From contig OY969807.1 in assembly GCA_963703285.1 (NCBI GenBank), positions 320,001-384,000 on the forward strand: a stretch of DNA of 64,000 nucleotides, given 5' to 3'. The DNA comes from an uncultured Nitrososphaerota archaeon (GTDB lineage: Archaea > Thermoproteota > Nitrososphaeria > Nitrososphaerales > Gagatemarchaeaceae). Of this stretch, positions 26,763-36,921 are shown in pieces (position 1 is the first letter of the stretch; each line of letters begins with the position of its first letter). The notes beneath the pieces were generated by a model. It was not told the origin of the DNA. It searched no databases and saw only the letters and a program-made list of their open reading frames with translations. Position numbers and translations under genes: made by a program.

Positions 26763-27620
26763 ATGGCTTCGAAGGCCCTGATTGTCGGACTGGTCTCCCT
26801 CGTCGCAGGAGCCTCGATAGCGTTCTTCAACATGTTCAGGTGGTCATCCGCCCAGGACTCCATTGGCTACGCCGCGAAGGACCCCGGGGCCGTGGTTCTC
26901 GAGTTCTACCTTGCTCAGGCCCTCTCCACGGTCCTTGTGGTCGTTGGGCTTTACGTCGTCTACAAGTTCATCCTCACGAGGCGCGGGGCGGCGAGCCCCA
27001 CCATAAGGTCGGTCATGGGCGAAGCGCTGAGCTCCAGAAGGGCGCTACGGATTGCGACCGTCGTCGCAATCCTTTATGGCATCATCTATGCGTTCTTCTC
27101 GAGCCTGCTGACCTTTCAGCCGACCGTGGATTTCGCCAAGGCCTACGGTGTCACCCAGCCGAGTTGGGTCTACTTGACTTGTTGCGGCGACACGGGCACA
27201 GTCCCCAAGCTGGTGGTCTACCTGTCTCCTTGGCTGCACCTGGGGATGGTGATCCTGCCACTCACCCTCCTCTTCGTCTTCGTCGTACCCCTCCTCTTGG
27301 GGTTCAACGTCGCGCTCAGCTACTACGCCTTCAGGCAATCGTCGTTTCCCATGTCGGAGCGCTGGATTCTGGGCTCGGGGGCCATCGTGGGCCTCTTCAC
27401 TGCTTGCCCGACGTGCGCAGGGCTCTTCCTCGCCAGCTCCATCGGCGGGATCGGCACTACGCTCGCCATCGCCCTCGCACCCTACCAGCTCCTCTTCGTC
27501 GCCGTAACCATCCCCGTCCTCCTCGTAGGCCCGTTTCTCACCGCCCTGACCGTCAAGCGGTCATACGAGGCCTCGTGCAGGGTCCCCGGCGCGCCCGCCA
27601 CAGGGAAGGTGCGGGCCTGA
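26763..27620 (+). CDS. Membrane protein with CCG and CPTC motifs
   Basis: Multiple TM helices; Cys motifs; upstream of the heme o/a synthases. Confidence 0.7.
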   Translation: MASKALIVGLVSLVAGASIAFFNMFRWSSAQDSIGYAAKDPGAVVLEFYLAQALSTVLVVVGLYVVYKFILTRRGAASPTIRSVMGEALSSRRALRIATVVAILYGIIYAFFSSLLTFQPTVDFAKAYGVTQPSWVYLTCCGDTGTVPKLVVYLSPWLHLGMVILPLTLLFVFVVPLLLGFNVALSYYAFRQSSFPMSERWILGSGAIVGLFTACPTCAGLFLASSIGGIGTTLAIALAPYQLLFVAVTIPVLLVGPFLTALTVKRSYEASCRVPGAPATGKVRA

Positions 27621-27675
27621 TACAGTTAAATCGCCTTCCGGAGGGCTCCGCCAGATTCAAAGGACCGTATTGTGA

Positions 27676-28536
27676 ATGACGCTTAGGGACTACCTGCGCC
27701 TCGTCAAGCCGAGGATCATCCCGCTCCTGGTGCTCGTCGCTCTGGCCTCCGCAATAATCGCCGGGAGGTCGATCCCCTCAGCGCGGACCCTGGCGGGTCT
27801 GGTCGCCGGGGGGACGTTCACCTCTGCGGGGGCGCTGGCGACGAACAGCTACCTCGAGATCGGGGTCGACTCCATGATGAAGCGCACGAAGGGCAGACCC
27901 CTGCCCACCCGGCAGATACCCAAGTCGCACGCGCTCGCCTTCGCCGTCGCCCTCCTCGCCCTCGGGATCCTGGTGGCCTTCCTCACGCTGAACGTCTACG
28001 CGACGGTCTTCATCGCGCTGGGGGCCCTCGTCTACATAGAGATCTACACCATCTGGCTGAAGCCGCGCACGACGTGGAACATCGTGCTCGGCGGCTTCGC
28101 CGGCAGCTGCGCCGCGCTCGCAGGTTGGTACGCAGTCACCTTCGCCGACCCGCTCATAGCGTGGGTGCTCGCGGCGCTCGTCTTCGTCTGGACCCCGAGT
28201 CACTTCTGGTCGCTCGCCGTGATAACGGAGTCGGACTACTCGGCCGCCGGGATACCCATGCTCCCCTCCGTCGTCGGCAAGAAGAGGGCCGCGCAGTTCA
28301 TAGTCGCCAACACGCTGCTCCTCATCCCCATCAGCCTCCTCTTCTACCTCTACCTCTCCGGGACGGGGGGCATAGTCTACCTCGCCGGCGCAGTCATCTT
28401 CGACGGCGGCCTCCTCGCCACGAACATCAAGCTGCTCCTCGCTCCGACCAAGGAGAACGCCTTCCTCGCGTTCAAGTTCTCCAGCCCTTACCTCGCGGTG
28501 ATCTTCGTCCTCGGCTGCGTCGCGGCGATCCTCTAG
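27676..28536 (+). CDS. ctaB: Heme o synthase (protoheme IX farnesyltransferase)
   Basis: LVKPRI, D.MMKRTKGRPLP, YTIWLKPRT, WTPSHFW, DY..AGIPMLP motifs. Confidence 0.92.
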   Translation: MTLRDYLRLVKPRIIPLLVLVALASAIIAGRSIPSARTLAGLVAGGTFTSAGALATNSYLEIGVDSMMKRTKGRPLPTRQIPKSHALAFAVALLALGILVAFLTLNVYATVFIALGALVYIEIYTIWLKPRTTWNIVLGGFAGSCAALAGWYAVTFADPLIAWVLAALVFVWTPSHFWSLAVITESDYSAAGIPMLPSVVGKKRAAQFIVANTLLLIPISLLFYLYLSGTGGIVYLAGAVIFDGGLLATNIKLLLAPTKENAFLAFKFSSPYLAVIFVLGCVAAIL

Positions 28537-28577
28537 AAAGTTATAACTAATCTGCCGGGGGCGCGGCCGAGACGGCC

Positions 28578-29072
28578 ATGAGCCTGGGGAAGTATCTCGT
28601 CTACGCAACGATACTCTCGACCTTCGTCCTGATAGTCTGGGGGGCGTACCTCACCGCAGGCAACTACGGGGGCGACTGCGGGACTAGCTCCGGCCTCGTC
28701 AGCGGCGACTGGCCGTTCTGCAACGGGTCCCTCGCGATACCCAACCCCGCCGTCAACTACGGCGCGCTCGTGGAGTACATCCACAGGACGCTCAGCGTGG
28801 TGACGACGGTCTTCCTCGTCGTCACGCTGGTGGTGGTCTGGAGGATGAAGCCGCGGCCGGTCGAGCCGGCCAGGGCCCTGCTGCTCGCCATGTTCCTCCT
28901 GCTCGTCCAGATAGCGCTCGGGGACTTCGTGATAAACTCCAACCTCAACTCCGTCGTCACTGCGATCCACCTCGCCAACGCGACAGCGCTCTTCGCGGTC
29001 ATTGTCTTCGCCGGGACCCTGATGTACGTGCGCGAGAGGGTCCAGACGCAGCCCGGTGTGACCGGAAAGTAG
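28578..29072 (+). CDS. ctaA: Short (4-TM) heme A synthase, COX15/CtaA family
   Basis: C......DWPFCNG, EYIHR, QIALG, AIHL motifs. Confidence 0.85.
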   Translation: MSLGKYLVYATILSTFVLIVWGAYLTAGNYGGDCGTSSGLVSGDWPFCNGSLAIPNPAVNYGALVEYIHRTLSVVTTVFLVVTLVVVWRMKPRPVEPARALLLAMFLLLVQIALGDFVINSNLNSVVTAIHLANATALFAVIVFAGTLMYVRERVQTQPGVTGK

Positions 29073-29099
29073 AAGGGCGCGAGAGCCCCTCCCGCCCGC

Positions 29100-29582
29100 A
29101 TGGCCGAGGGTCCCAAGTTCATCGCGGACGCCATGCTGGGGAGCCTCGCGAGGAAGCTCCGTATCTTCGGCTTCGACACGGTCTACTTCCGGGAGGGTCC
29201 AGACAGCGACCTCGAGCGCATCGCGAGGAGCGAGGGGAGGGTGATACTCACCTCCGACAGGGCCCTCCTGGAGCACTCGAGGCGGCGCGGCCTTAGGGCT
29301 CTCTGCGTTACAGGGAAGAGCGAGCGCGCGAGAATCGAGCGGCTCCGCGAGGAGGCCCGGGCCGCGGGGACGGAACTCAACCCTGGCGCGCCCCGGTGCG
29401 CCCTCTGCAACCGCGTCCTCGCTAGGGTCGCGAGGGCCGAGGTCGAGGCGGACCTCCCTAGCTCCATAGCGAGGCGCCACAGGCTCTACTTCAGGTGCAC
29501 CGGCTGCGACAAGTTGTACTGGAGGGGAAGGCACTGGTCGCGGCTGCGGGGCCTCTCGTCGCTGATGGCAGGGCGACAATAA
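29100..29582 (+). CDS. Mut7-C RNase-domain protein
   Basis: FIADAMLGSLARKLRIFGFDT, RC..CN, C..C.KLYWRGRH motifs. Confidence 0.9.
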   Translation: MAEGPKFIADAMLGSLARKLRIFGFDTVYFREGPDSDLERIARSEGRVILTSDRALLEHSRRRGLRALCVTGKSERARIERLREEARAAGTELNPGAPRCALCNRVLARVARAEVEADLPSSIARRHRLYFRCTGCDKLYWRGRHWSRLRGLSSLMAGRQ

Positions 29583-29613
29583 CAATTTATGCGGACTCCG
29601 GGTCGCCGCGTCC

Positions 29614-30216
29614 ATGGCCCTCACAGGTGAGCAGGGTGAGGAGATGGTCCGTCTCGCGAGGGCGACCGTCGACGCCTTCGTGAGGGGGGAGGATATAGCA
29701 GGCGCCTACGCGCCGACGGGGGACTTCCTGCAGGAATCGCGGGGGGCCTTCGTCACGTTGAAGCGGCAGGACGGCGAGCTCAGGGGCTGCATCGGTTTCA
29801 CCCAGCCAATAATGCAGCTCGGCGAGGCGATCAGGGAGGCCGCCATCAGGGCCGCGGCCTACGACCCCCGCTTCCCGAAGGTCGAGCCTTCAGAGCTCGA
29901 GGGGCTGCTCGTCGAGGTGAGCGCGCTCACCAGGCCAGAGAGGATAGCGGTCAAGTCCCCCAAGGAGCTTCCCAAGCACGTCCGCATAGGAGTGGACGGG
30001 CTGATAGTCAGCTCGTTAGTGACCAGCGGGCTGCTGCTGCCGCAGGTGGCGACGGAGTACAAGCTCTCCGCCGAGGACTTCCTCGTGCAGACGTGCCTGA
30101 AGGCGGGCCTTCCTCCCGACGCCTGGCTGACCGACAAGGTGAAGGTCGAGAGGTTCCAGGCCGAGGTCTTCTCAGAGACCTCGCCGAGGGGGAAGGTCAA
30201 GCGCGAGCTGGACTAG
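29614..30216 (+). CDS. AMMECR1-domain protein
   Basis: GAFVTL, LRGCIG, DPRF, GLLLPQV, CLKAG motifs. Confidence 0.92.
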   Translation: MALTGEQGEEMVRLARATVDAFVRGEDIAGAYAPTGDFLQESRGAFVTLKRQDGELRGCIGFTQPIMQLGEAIREAAIRAAAYDPRFPKVEPSELEGLLVEVSALTRPERIAVKSPKELPKHVRIGVDGLIVSSLVTSGLLLPQVATEYKLSAEDFLVQTCLKAGLPPDAWLTDKVKVERFQAEVFSETSPRGKVKRELD

Positions 30217-30273
30217 GGACGAAGCTGCCCGCATACCGTCCCCCGTCTCTGGCCGCGCGCACCGGACCGGGCC

Positions 30274-31266
30274 CTAGGTCTGGATAGAATCCAGGACGGC
30301 GTTCTGGTCCGCCTCGAGTCCCCCGAAGGACCTCGTGGTGAAGGCCGTCTTCCTCCTCGAGACCTTCAGCCCGGCGACGCTGTCCGACGGCTTGGTGCGG
30401 AGGCCCAGCTCATCGAGCTTCGCCCTCACCTCGGGCTCCTGGAGGAGGAGGAGGGGGAAGAGGGCGGACTTGTAACGGCGCAGGAGCCCCAACCCCCCCG
30501 CCCCCCTGCACTGCGGGTGGACTCCGGTGAAGGCTTCCGCGTTCGCGCGCTCAAGCCACGCCGCGACGCGGTCGCCTGTCGGGCCGTCCCCTTCGAGCAC
30601 CGTCAGCGTCAGGTTGGACGCGTCCATCCTCCTCGAGAGCTCGGCGTAGAGGCGGGCGACCTGCCTGAGCGACTCGTCGTCGTCCCTCGCGTGGACCATC
30701 GTAAGTGTGTAGCCGGAGACCGCGGCCATCCAGGCGGTGACGGAGCTGTGATACCCGCCCGAGACGAGCACCGATGCCCTAAGCTTGCGCGACGTCGGGA
30801 CGCCTCCCACCCCCTCCCTCAGCTGGACGCCGCAAGCTCCGCTCCCTCCCACCATCACGATCCTGAACCGGACCCTAGGATTCTTCTCGTCCACCGCGGT
30901 CCCCCCCGCCGCCTTCAGGATGGCCGTCGTGGCCTCGATCAGGACGTCGCCCTCCTCCTTCCCCCTCCCCTCCACCTCGGCGGTCACCTTGAAGCTCTCC
31001 CCCGGCCGCAGGTATCTCGAGGCGAGGACGGAGAGCCTGTCGATGCACGACTCGAACGACCCGAATTCGTAGCCGACCGCGATCCACGCGATCCCCGGGA
31101 GGTGCGCCAGCCTGCGTGCCACGGCGATGGGGTCCTCGCCCCGGACCGTCAGCGACCTCGCGCCGTTCGTGACACGCGCCCCCCTGGGGAGCTTGGACCT
31201 CGTCGTTCTCGACAGGTCGCCCAGCGCCCCGCGTCCCGTCCATCCCAGTATGGCTGCGCCCTTCAA
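30274..31266 (-). CDS. THUMP-domain ThiI-like protein with a degenerate PP-loop
   Basis: THUMP-like region, then G.GG.P and LVSGGYHS (cf. ThiI SGGIDS). Confidence 0.6.
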   Translation of the reverse strand: MKGAAILGWTGRGALGDLSRTTRSKLPRGARVTNGARSLTVRGEDPIAVARRLAHLPGIAWIAVGYEFGSFESCIDRLSVLASRYLRPGESFKVTAEVEGRGKEEGDVLIEATTAILKAAGGTAVDEKNPRVRFRIVMVGGSGACGVQLREGVGGVPTSRKLRASVLVSGGYHSSVTAWMAAVSGYTLTMVHARDDDESLRQVARLYAELSRRMDASNLTLTVLEGDGPTGDRVAAWLERANAEAFTGVHPQCRGAGGLGLLRRYKSALFPLLLLQEPEVRAKLDELGLRTKPSDSVAGLKVSRRKTAFTTRSFGGLEADQNAVLDSIQT

Positions 31267-31330
31267 GACTCCAGCGATGGGTGCACGACGTTTTTAAGCC
31301 GATTAGGGGCGCGCCTTCAGGAGCTACTCG

Positions 31331-32632
31331 ATGGAGAGTCAACCAAAGCGCGTGCGGGTCAGACAGGTCTTCGGCTCGAACGCCGGCGAGGCCGTCGAGG
31401 TCAGGGGATGGGTCGCCTCCAAGAGCGCCATCGGGGGCCTCGTCTTCGCGGTGGTAAGAGACGGAACGGGGTACGTCCAGGTCTCGGCGAAGGGCGGCGT
31501 CACACCACAGGAGCCCATGGACGCCATCAGGTCCGTCACCAAGGAGTCGGCCGTCTCTGTGACCGGGATCGTGAGGGAGGACAAGCGCGCCCCCGGGGGG
31601 AAGGAGATTTCCGTCCGCGGGTTCAGCGTCCTCTCTCGGGCCGAGACGTGGCCCATCACAAAGACTGCGGCGAAGTCCGCGTCCTACCTCTATGACATCA
31701 GGCACCTGAGCATAAGGAGCAGGAAGGTCGCAGCGACTATGAAGATACGGAGCGAGATCGTCGCCGCAACCTTCGACTACTTCCGGGCCGGAGGGTTCAC
31801 CCTCATCAGCGCCCCGTCCTTCGTCCAGGCGGCAGTGGAAGGCGGGTCCACGCTATTCGGGGTCGACTACTTCGGGAAGAAGGTCTACCTCAGCCAGAGC
31901 GCACAGTTCTACGAGGAGGCGGCCCTCGCAGCCCTGGAGAAGGTCTGGATCTACCAGCCCGCGTTCCGCGCCGAGAAGTCGAGGACCCCCAAGCACCTCA
32001 CAGAGTTCTGGATGATAGAGGCGGAGCAGGCGTTCGTCGACCAGGCGGAGAACATGTCCCTGCAGGAGGGCCTGCTCTCCTCCATGGTCAAGAGGGTAGT
32101 CGAGAGTCGCGCGGAGGAGCTCGCGATCCTGGGAAGGTCGCCAACGCCTCCTTCGCTGCCTCTCGAGAGGGTCTCCTACGACGAGGTCCGCGACTTCGCA
32201 GAGGCCAAGGGCCTGCCCTTCGTCTGGGGCGAGGACGTCCCGACCGAGGTGGAGAGGCTCATATCGCTGACGCGCCAGAGCCCCTTCTTCATCACGGACT
32301 ACCCGCTCTCGGCGAGGAGCTTCTATCACATGACCTACCCGGACCGGCCCAAGGTGACCAAGTCCGCCGACCTCATCGCCCCCGAGGGATTCGGGGAGCT
32401 GGCGACGGGTGGGCAGCGCATAGCCAGCTATGATGTCCTGATGGAGAGGATCAGGAGCCAGGACCTCCCCACGGAGGCCTTCGGCTGGTACCTCGACCTG
32501 AGGAAGTACGGGATGCCCGAGCACGCGGGCTTCGGAATGGGCGTGGAGAGGGTGACGCGCTGGCTGGCGGGCCTGAAGCACATCAGGGGGGCGAGCCTCT
32601 TCCCGAGAACCATGACCCGCGTCTCTCCCTAG
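31331..32632 (+). CDS. asnS: Asparagine--tRNA ligase
   Basis: OB-fold N-terminus, RHL.IRS, YLSQSAQFY.E, FRAEKSRT..HLTEFW, WYLDLRKYG..HAGFGMGVER motifs. Confidence 0.8.
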   Translation: MESQPKRVRVRQVFGSNAGEAVEVRGWVASKSAIGGLVFAVVRDGTGYVQVSAKGGVTPQEPMDAIRSVTKESAVSVTGIVREDKRAPGGKEISVRGFSVLSRAETWPITKTAAKSASYLYDIRHLSIRSRKVAATMKIRSEIVAATFDYFRAGGFTLISAPSFVQAAVEGGSTLFGVDYFGKKVYLSQSAQFYEEAALAALEKVWIYQPAFRAEKSRTPKHLTEFWMIEAEQAFVDQAENMSLQEGLLSSMVKRVVESRAEELAILGRSPTPPSLPLERVSYDEVRDFAEAKGLPFVWGEDVPTEVERLISLTRQSPFFITDYPLSARSFYHMTYPDRPKVTKSADLIAPEGFGELATGGQRIASYDVLMERIRSQDLPTEAFGWYLDLRKYGMPEHAGFGMGVERVTRWLAGLKHIRGASLFPRTMTRVSP

Positions 32633-32683
32633 GGCTCCGAGCACCGCCACGCTTATTTACACAGACCCGGGTTGAAAATCGAA

Positions 32684-33694
32684 ATGGCAGAGGAGGAGAA
32701 GGCTGAGGACGAGGTGGACGAAGAGCTCGACGTCACGACCATAGCGGGCGTCGGAGCGGTCACCAAGCAGAAGCTCAACGAAGCCGGGATATTCTCGATA
32801 CTGGACCTCGCGACGTCGGGGCCCGCAGAGATAGCTGAAGCCACCGACTGGGACATCACGAAGTCGGTAGACGTCAACAACAAGGCCAGGAAGAGGCTCG
32901 TGGAGCTGGGGAAGCTCGAGCCTGACTTCGTCAGCGCCTCGGCGCTGCTGACGCGGAGGAAGAACATAGCGCGCATAAGCACGGGATCGAAGAACATCGA
33001 CGACCTGCTTGGCGGCGGGATCGAGACGTGGGCGATCACAGAGTTCTACGGGGAGTTCGGCTCTGGCAAGTCCCAGATCTGCCACACGCTCAGCGTCATG
33101 GTGCAGCAGCCGGAGTCGCAAGGGGGCGTCGGCGGAGGCGCGGTCTACATCGACACCGAGGGGACGTTCAGGCCCGAGAGGGTCTCCGAGATAGCCGTGG
33201 CTCGGGGCTACAACCCCGACGAGGTGCTCTCCCGGATCATGGTGGCGAGGGCCTACAACAGCGCGCACCAGGAACTCATCGTCAAGGACCTCGGGAGGCT
33301 GATAGCGAAGCACGACATCAAGCTTATCATCGTGGACAGCGCCGTAGCCCACTACCGCGCCGAGTTCCTCGGCAGGGGCACCCTGGCTGAGAGGCAACAG
33401 AGGCTCAACCGCTTCATGCACAACCTCCTCCGCACCGCCGAGATCTACAACGTCGCAGTCGTGATGACCAACCAGGTGCAGTCCGCGCCGGACAGCTTCT
33501 TCGGTGACCCCACGAGGGCGACCGGCGGGCACGTCGTGGCGCACACCAGCACCTACAGGATCTACCTCAGGAAGGCGGGTAAGAACCGCATAGCGAGGAT
33601 GGTCGACAGCCCCTACCACCCCGAGAGGGACGCGGTCTTCATGCTCGACGAACGGGGGATCGACGACCCGTCTGAGGATACAAAGAGGAAGTAG
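32684..33694 (+). CDS. radA: DNA repair and recombination protein RadA
   Basis: GEFGSGKSQ, YIDTEGTFRPER, LAERQQ, TNQV, GGHVVAH motifs; no intein. Confidence 0.96.
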   Translation: MAEEEKAEDEVDEELDVTTIAGVGAVTKQKLNEAGIFSILDLATSGPAEIAEATDWDITKSVDVNNKARKRLVELGKLEPDFVSASALLTRRKNIARISTGSKNIDDLLGGGIETWAITEFYGEFGSGKSQICHTLSVMVQQPESQGGVGGGAVYIDTEGTFRPERVSEIAVARGYNPDEVLSRIMVARAYNSAHQELIVKDLGRLIAKHDIKLIIVDSAVAHYRAEFLGRGTLAERQQRLNRFMHNLLRTAEIYNVAVVMTNQVQSAPDSFFGDPTRATGGHVVAHTSTYRIYLRKAGKNRIARMVDSPYHPERDAVFMLDERGIDDPSEDTKRK

Positions 33695-33745
33695 CTTCCG
33701 CTCTGGCAACGGTTTAATATCGTCCTTTGGGCGGCGAGAACCTTC

Positions 33746-36445
33746 ATGAAAGCAAGGGGGATACTCGTCCTGCTGCTGGTGGTCTCTCTCGCCCTGGTAC
33801 CCGTGCTGGTCTCCGTCCCGGTCCGCGCCTCGGGCCAGTACACGGAGAGCCTGGTCGTCTACACGGCTGGGACGAGCGCCTACTGGCAGATGTCGTTCAA
33901 CCAGCTGAACGCATCGATCCCGGCCCTGGCGTCCGCCGAGTCGACTGCGGGCCTCACCTCATACCGGCTAGTCGCGATGTCCACGCAGGAGGCGACCTCC
34001 GATCTCCAGGTCTTCGGGGTTGACGGGTTCAACGTCCTGGGCGTGCCTTCGCTCCCCTCCGAGGCTCTCTTCCTGGACGTCAACGCGTCGAGCAGCTCAG
34101 CGGCCTCGGCGATCGTATCGTATTTCGCCGGCAGGTTCGACACCACCTTCACGCTCGTATCGTCCGGCTCCGGGACGTTCGTCTACTCGGCCCCGGTCAA
34201 CTTCGTGGGCGTCGCGGCGCCGGTCCTCTACCGGCTCGTGCCGAGCGCCATGAAGGGCTTCGCCGCCTACATGACCGAGCCGGTCTTCGTCGGTCTCGCG
34301 ATGCCCTCGATTGAGCTCTACGGTGTCAACGACGGATCGGGCTTCAGTCACTCCATAACGATAGGTGCAGCCGCGACGAGCGCAGTGACCTCGGGGAGCC
34401 CCATCAGCATCGTCGGGATACTCGGCGATTCCAGCTCAACCCTGACCGCCTCGTCATCCTCCTCTTCGAGCGAGGTCACGGTCCACGCCCTGGACGGCGT
34501 GATACAGTCGACCGACAAGACCGCCACCATGTCCAACGACGCCTCCAGCTTCTCGGGCACGTACTCCCTCCCGGTCACCGCCGGGGCCAACGTCGACGCC
34601 AACGTCACGATCTCCACCACGCCTGTGACGGCCATCGCCTACAGGCTGTTCGACCGAGGCTCGCTGACCGCCGGCCAGAACCTCACGGTGTCCGTCTTCG
34701 TCGAGAATACGGCAAAGAGCGGCGTGATCGCCAACGTCACCGGTGACGACGACTGGTGGAAGGCCGACTCGTCCGTCTTCAAGCTCGTGAGCGGGAACTA
34801 CAGCTTCGACATACCGTCCATCGCGGCGGGACAGAACTACACCGAATCCTACGTCCTCCAGGTGCTCACCTCCTCGGGCCAGCAGGTCGCGGTGCCCTCG
34901 GCGTCCGTGGGCTTCCAGTACGCTCTCTCCACGGAGAGCTACAGGGGTGAGGCCGAGCTCGGCGAGGCGACCCTCCAGGTGAACAACTTGGGACCTGCGG
35001 TCTCGGTCACCGCCCGGCCGACCATCTCGTCCGGCTCTGCGCTCGGCACGGACGGGAACTACACCCTCACCGTTACCAACAACGGCAACTCGCCCGCCCT
35101 CAACCTCAAGGTGGGGAAGGCCTCGATACAGAGCCTGTTACAGGGAGCGACGCAGACCGTGAACGTCCCGATCACGCTCTCGAACCTGCTCCAGAGCAAC
35201 CTCACAAGGACGTTCCCGCTGGAGTTCTCCAACTCAAACGGACAGACCCAGAACGTGACGTCGAACTCTGTGACGCTCGACCTCTCGCACGCTGGCATGG
35301 TGATACCCCTGCTGCAGGTCTCCACGAACGACTCGCTGACGGCCAGCTCGCTCGCGTCCCGTGTCCTGAACGTCACCTACACCTTCACCAACGGCGGCTC
35401 CGGAACCTCCGGGACGGTCGTGGGGACCCAGGTCCTTCCGCCCGGTGTCACCTGCAAGATTCTGAAGGCTGGGAACGCCACGGTCGCGTGCTCTGGGGGG
35501 TTGTACACGATGACGATCCCGATACTCACCGTCTCGGACACGGTCGTCAACGAAATTCAGCTCAGCTTCGCCCGGGACAACTACATTATCCCTCCCGCAA
35601 TCATGACGACGTCCTACGAGGGGGCGACGCTGCACACGTTCGGCTCACCCTACCTGGTGCCCGCCGGCGTAGTCCTCACGAAATCTTTCGGGCTCTCCGG
35701 AGGGTTCCCCGGGATGACCTCCTCCGTCACGCTCGGCATAACCAACGCCGGCTCGACGCCCGTCTACAACGCGACCCTCAGCTCGTCCCAGGACCCCTTC
35801 GACTCGGCCAGCGGGACACTTAGCCACACGTACGCTTCGCTCACCTCCCAGCAGTCCGAGAGCTTCAACTACACGGTGGAGCTGACGACGGGTGCCTACG
35901 GGATTGAGAATTCATCCGCGGCTACCGTCGACCTGGTGCTCGGCGGCCTCACCACGACCTTCTCCTCGGGTCCGGCCCAGATACAAGTCTACAAGCCGGT
36001 CTCCGCGGTGGTGACGTCCAACCCCTCTACACCGGAGGAAAACCATGACTTCACAATCTCGATAACCTTCGTGAACTCCGCCAACGTAACAGTCTCCGAC
36101 GCGACCTACAAGGTGACGATCCCGACCGGTCTCAAGGTACTCTCCGGCGGGCAGGTATCGGGCAAGACGCTGACGGTCTCCGTGGCGACGCTCGGTCCAG
36201 ACTCGAACCAGACCCAGACCGTGACGCTCTCCTCGTCGATGGGCCTCACGTTCGACCTCTCCTCGTCTCACGTCACCTTCCAGTACCAGGGGTCCTCGCT
36301 CTCGGGCCTTGCCCCCGCGAAGTCAATCAGGGTAGCCGTAGACGTCACGCTGAGGTACACCTTGCCGATAGCCGTGGCGATATTGATAGCCATAGCGGGA
36401 TTGGTTTACATGCGGCGCAGAATCACCCCCGCCGTCGAGAAATGA
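33746..36445 (+). CDS. Large secreted S/T-rich surface protein with Ig-like repeats and C-terminal TM anchor (S-layer-like)
   Basis: Signal peptide, repeated 'V.N.G...A.N' beta motifs, many N-x-S/T sequons, terminal TM followed by RRR. Confidence 0.75.
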   Translation: MKARGILVLLLVVSLALVPVLVSVPVRASGQYTESLVVYTAGTSAYWQMSFNQLNASIPALASAESTAGLTSYRLVAMSTQEATSDLQVFGVDGFNVLGVPSLPSEALFLDVNASSSSAASAIVSYFAGRFDTTFTLVSSGSGTFVYSAPVNFVGVAAPVLYRLVPSAMKGFAAYMTEPVFVGLAMPSIELYGVNDGSGFSHSITIGAAATSAVTSGSPISIVGILGDSSSTLTASSSSSSSEVTVHALDGVIQSTDKTATMSNDASSFSGTYSLPVTAGANVDANVTISTTPVTAIAYRLFDRGSLTAGQNLTVSVFVENTAKSGVIANVTGDDDWWKADSSVFKLVSGNYSFDIPSIAAGQNYTESYVLQVLTSSGQQVAVPSASVGFQYALSTESYRGEAELGEATLQVNNLGPAVSVTARPTISSGSALGTDGNYTLTVTNNGNSPALNLKVGKASIQSLLQGATQTVNVPITLSNLLQSNLTRTFPLEFSNSNGQTQNVTSNSVTLDLSHAGMVIPLLQVSTNDSLTASSLASRVLNVTYTFTNGGSGTSGTVVGTQVLPPGVTCKILKAGNATVACSGGLYTMTIPILTVSDTVVNEIQLSFARDNYIIPPAIMTTSYEGATLHTFGSPYLVPAGVVLTKSFGLSGGFPGMTSSVTLGITNAGSTPVYNATLSSSQDPFDSASGTLSHTYASLTSQQSESFNYTVELTTGAYGIENSSAATVDLVLGGLTTTFSSGPAQIQVYKPVSAVVTSNPSTPEENHDFTISITFVNSANVTVSDATYKVTIPTGLKVLSGGQVSGKTLTVSVATLGPDSNQTQTVTLSSSMGLTFDLSSSHVTFQYQGSSLSGLAPAKSIRVAVDVTLRYTLPIAVAILIAIAGLVYMRRRITPAVEK

Positions 36446-36921
36446 CTCCCGCAGGCTCCCGACACGTCGCGGGACCGAGTCCAACCTCTGGCCGCGCCGA
36501 GGAGCGGTCGGCCGGCGCCCTCGTCTTCAACGAGTCCTCCACCGGGAGGAGGTATCTCCTCCTGGAGTATCCCGCGGGGCACTGGGACTTCCCGAAGGGG
36601 AACATCGAGAAGGGCGAGGCCCCCCAGCAGACGATGGTCCGCGAGGTTCGGGAGGAGACGGGGCTCGTCGACGTAGTTCCCGTGCCCGGCTTCAGGAAGG
36701 TCATAGAGTACTACTACAAGAGGGGCGGAAAGACCGTCCACAAGCAGGTCACCTTCTTCCTGGCCGAGTCGAAGGTCGACAAGGTGGTCCTCTCCTTCGA
36801 ACACAGGGACTACGCCTGGCTTACGTTCGATGAGGCGATGAAGCTGGTGAACCACTCCAACTCCACGATGCTGCTCCGTGCGGCCGAAGATTCCTTCAGG
36901 CCGCGGTCAGAGCAAGGTTGA
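36442..36921 (+). CDS. Nudix hydrolase (Ap4A hydrolase-like)
   Basis: HWDFPKG.IEKGE......REVREETG Nudix box; LS.EH motif. Confidence 0.9.
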   Translation: MTPAGSRHVAGPSPTSGRAEERSAGALVFNESSTGRRYLLLEYPAGHWDFPKGNIEKGEAPQQTMVREVREETGLVDVVPVPGFRKVIEYYYKRGGKTVHKQVTFFLAESKVDKVVLSFEHRDYAWLTFDEAMKLVNHSNSTMLLRAAEDSFRPRSEQG

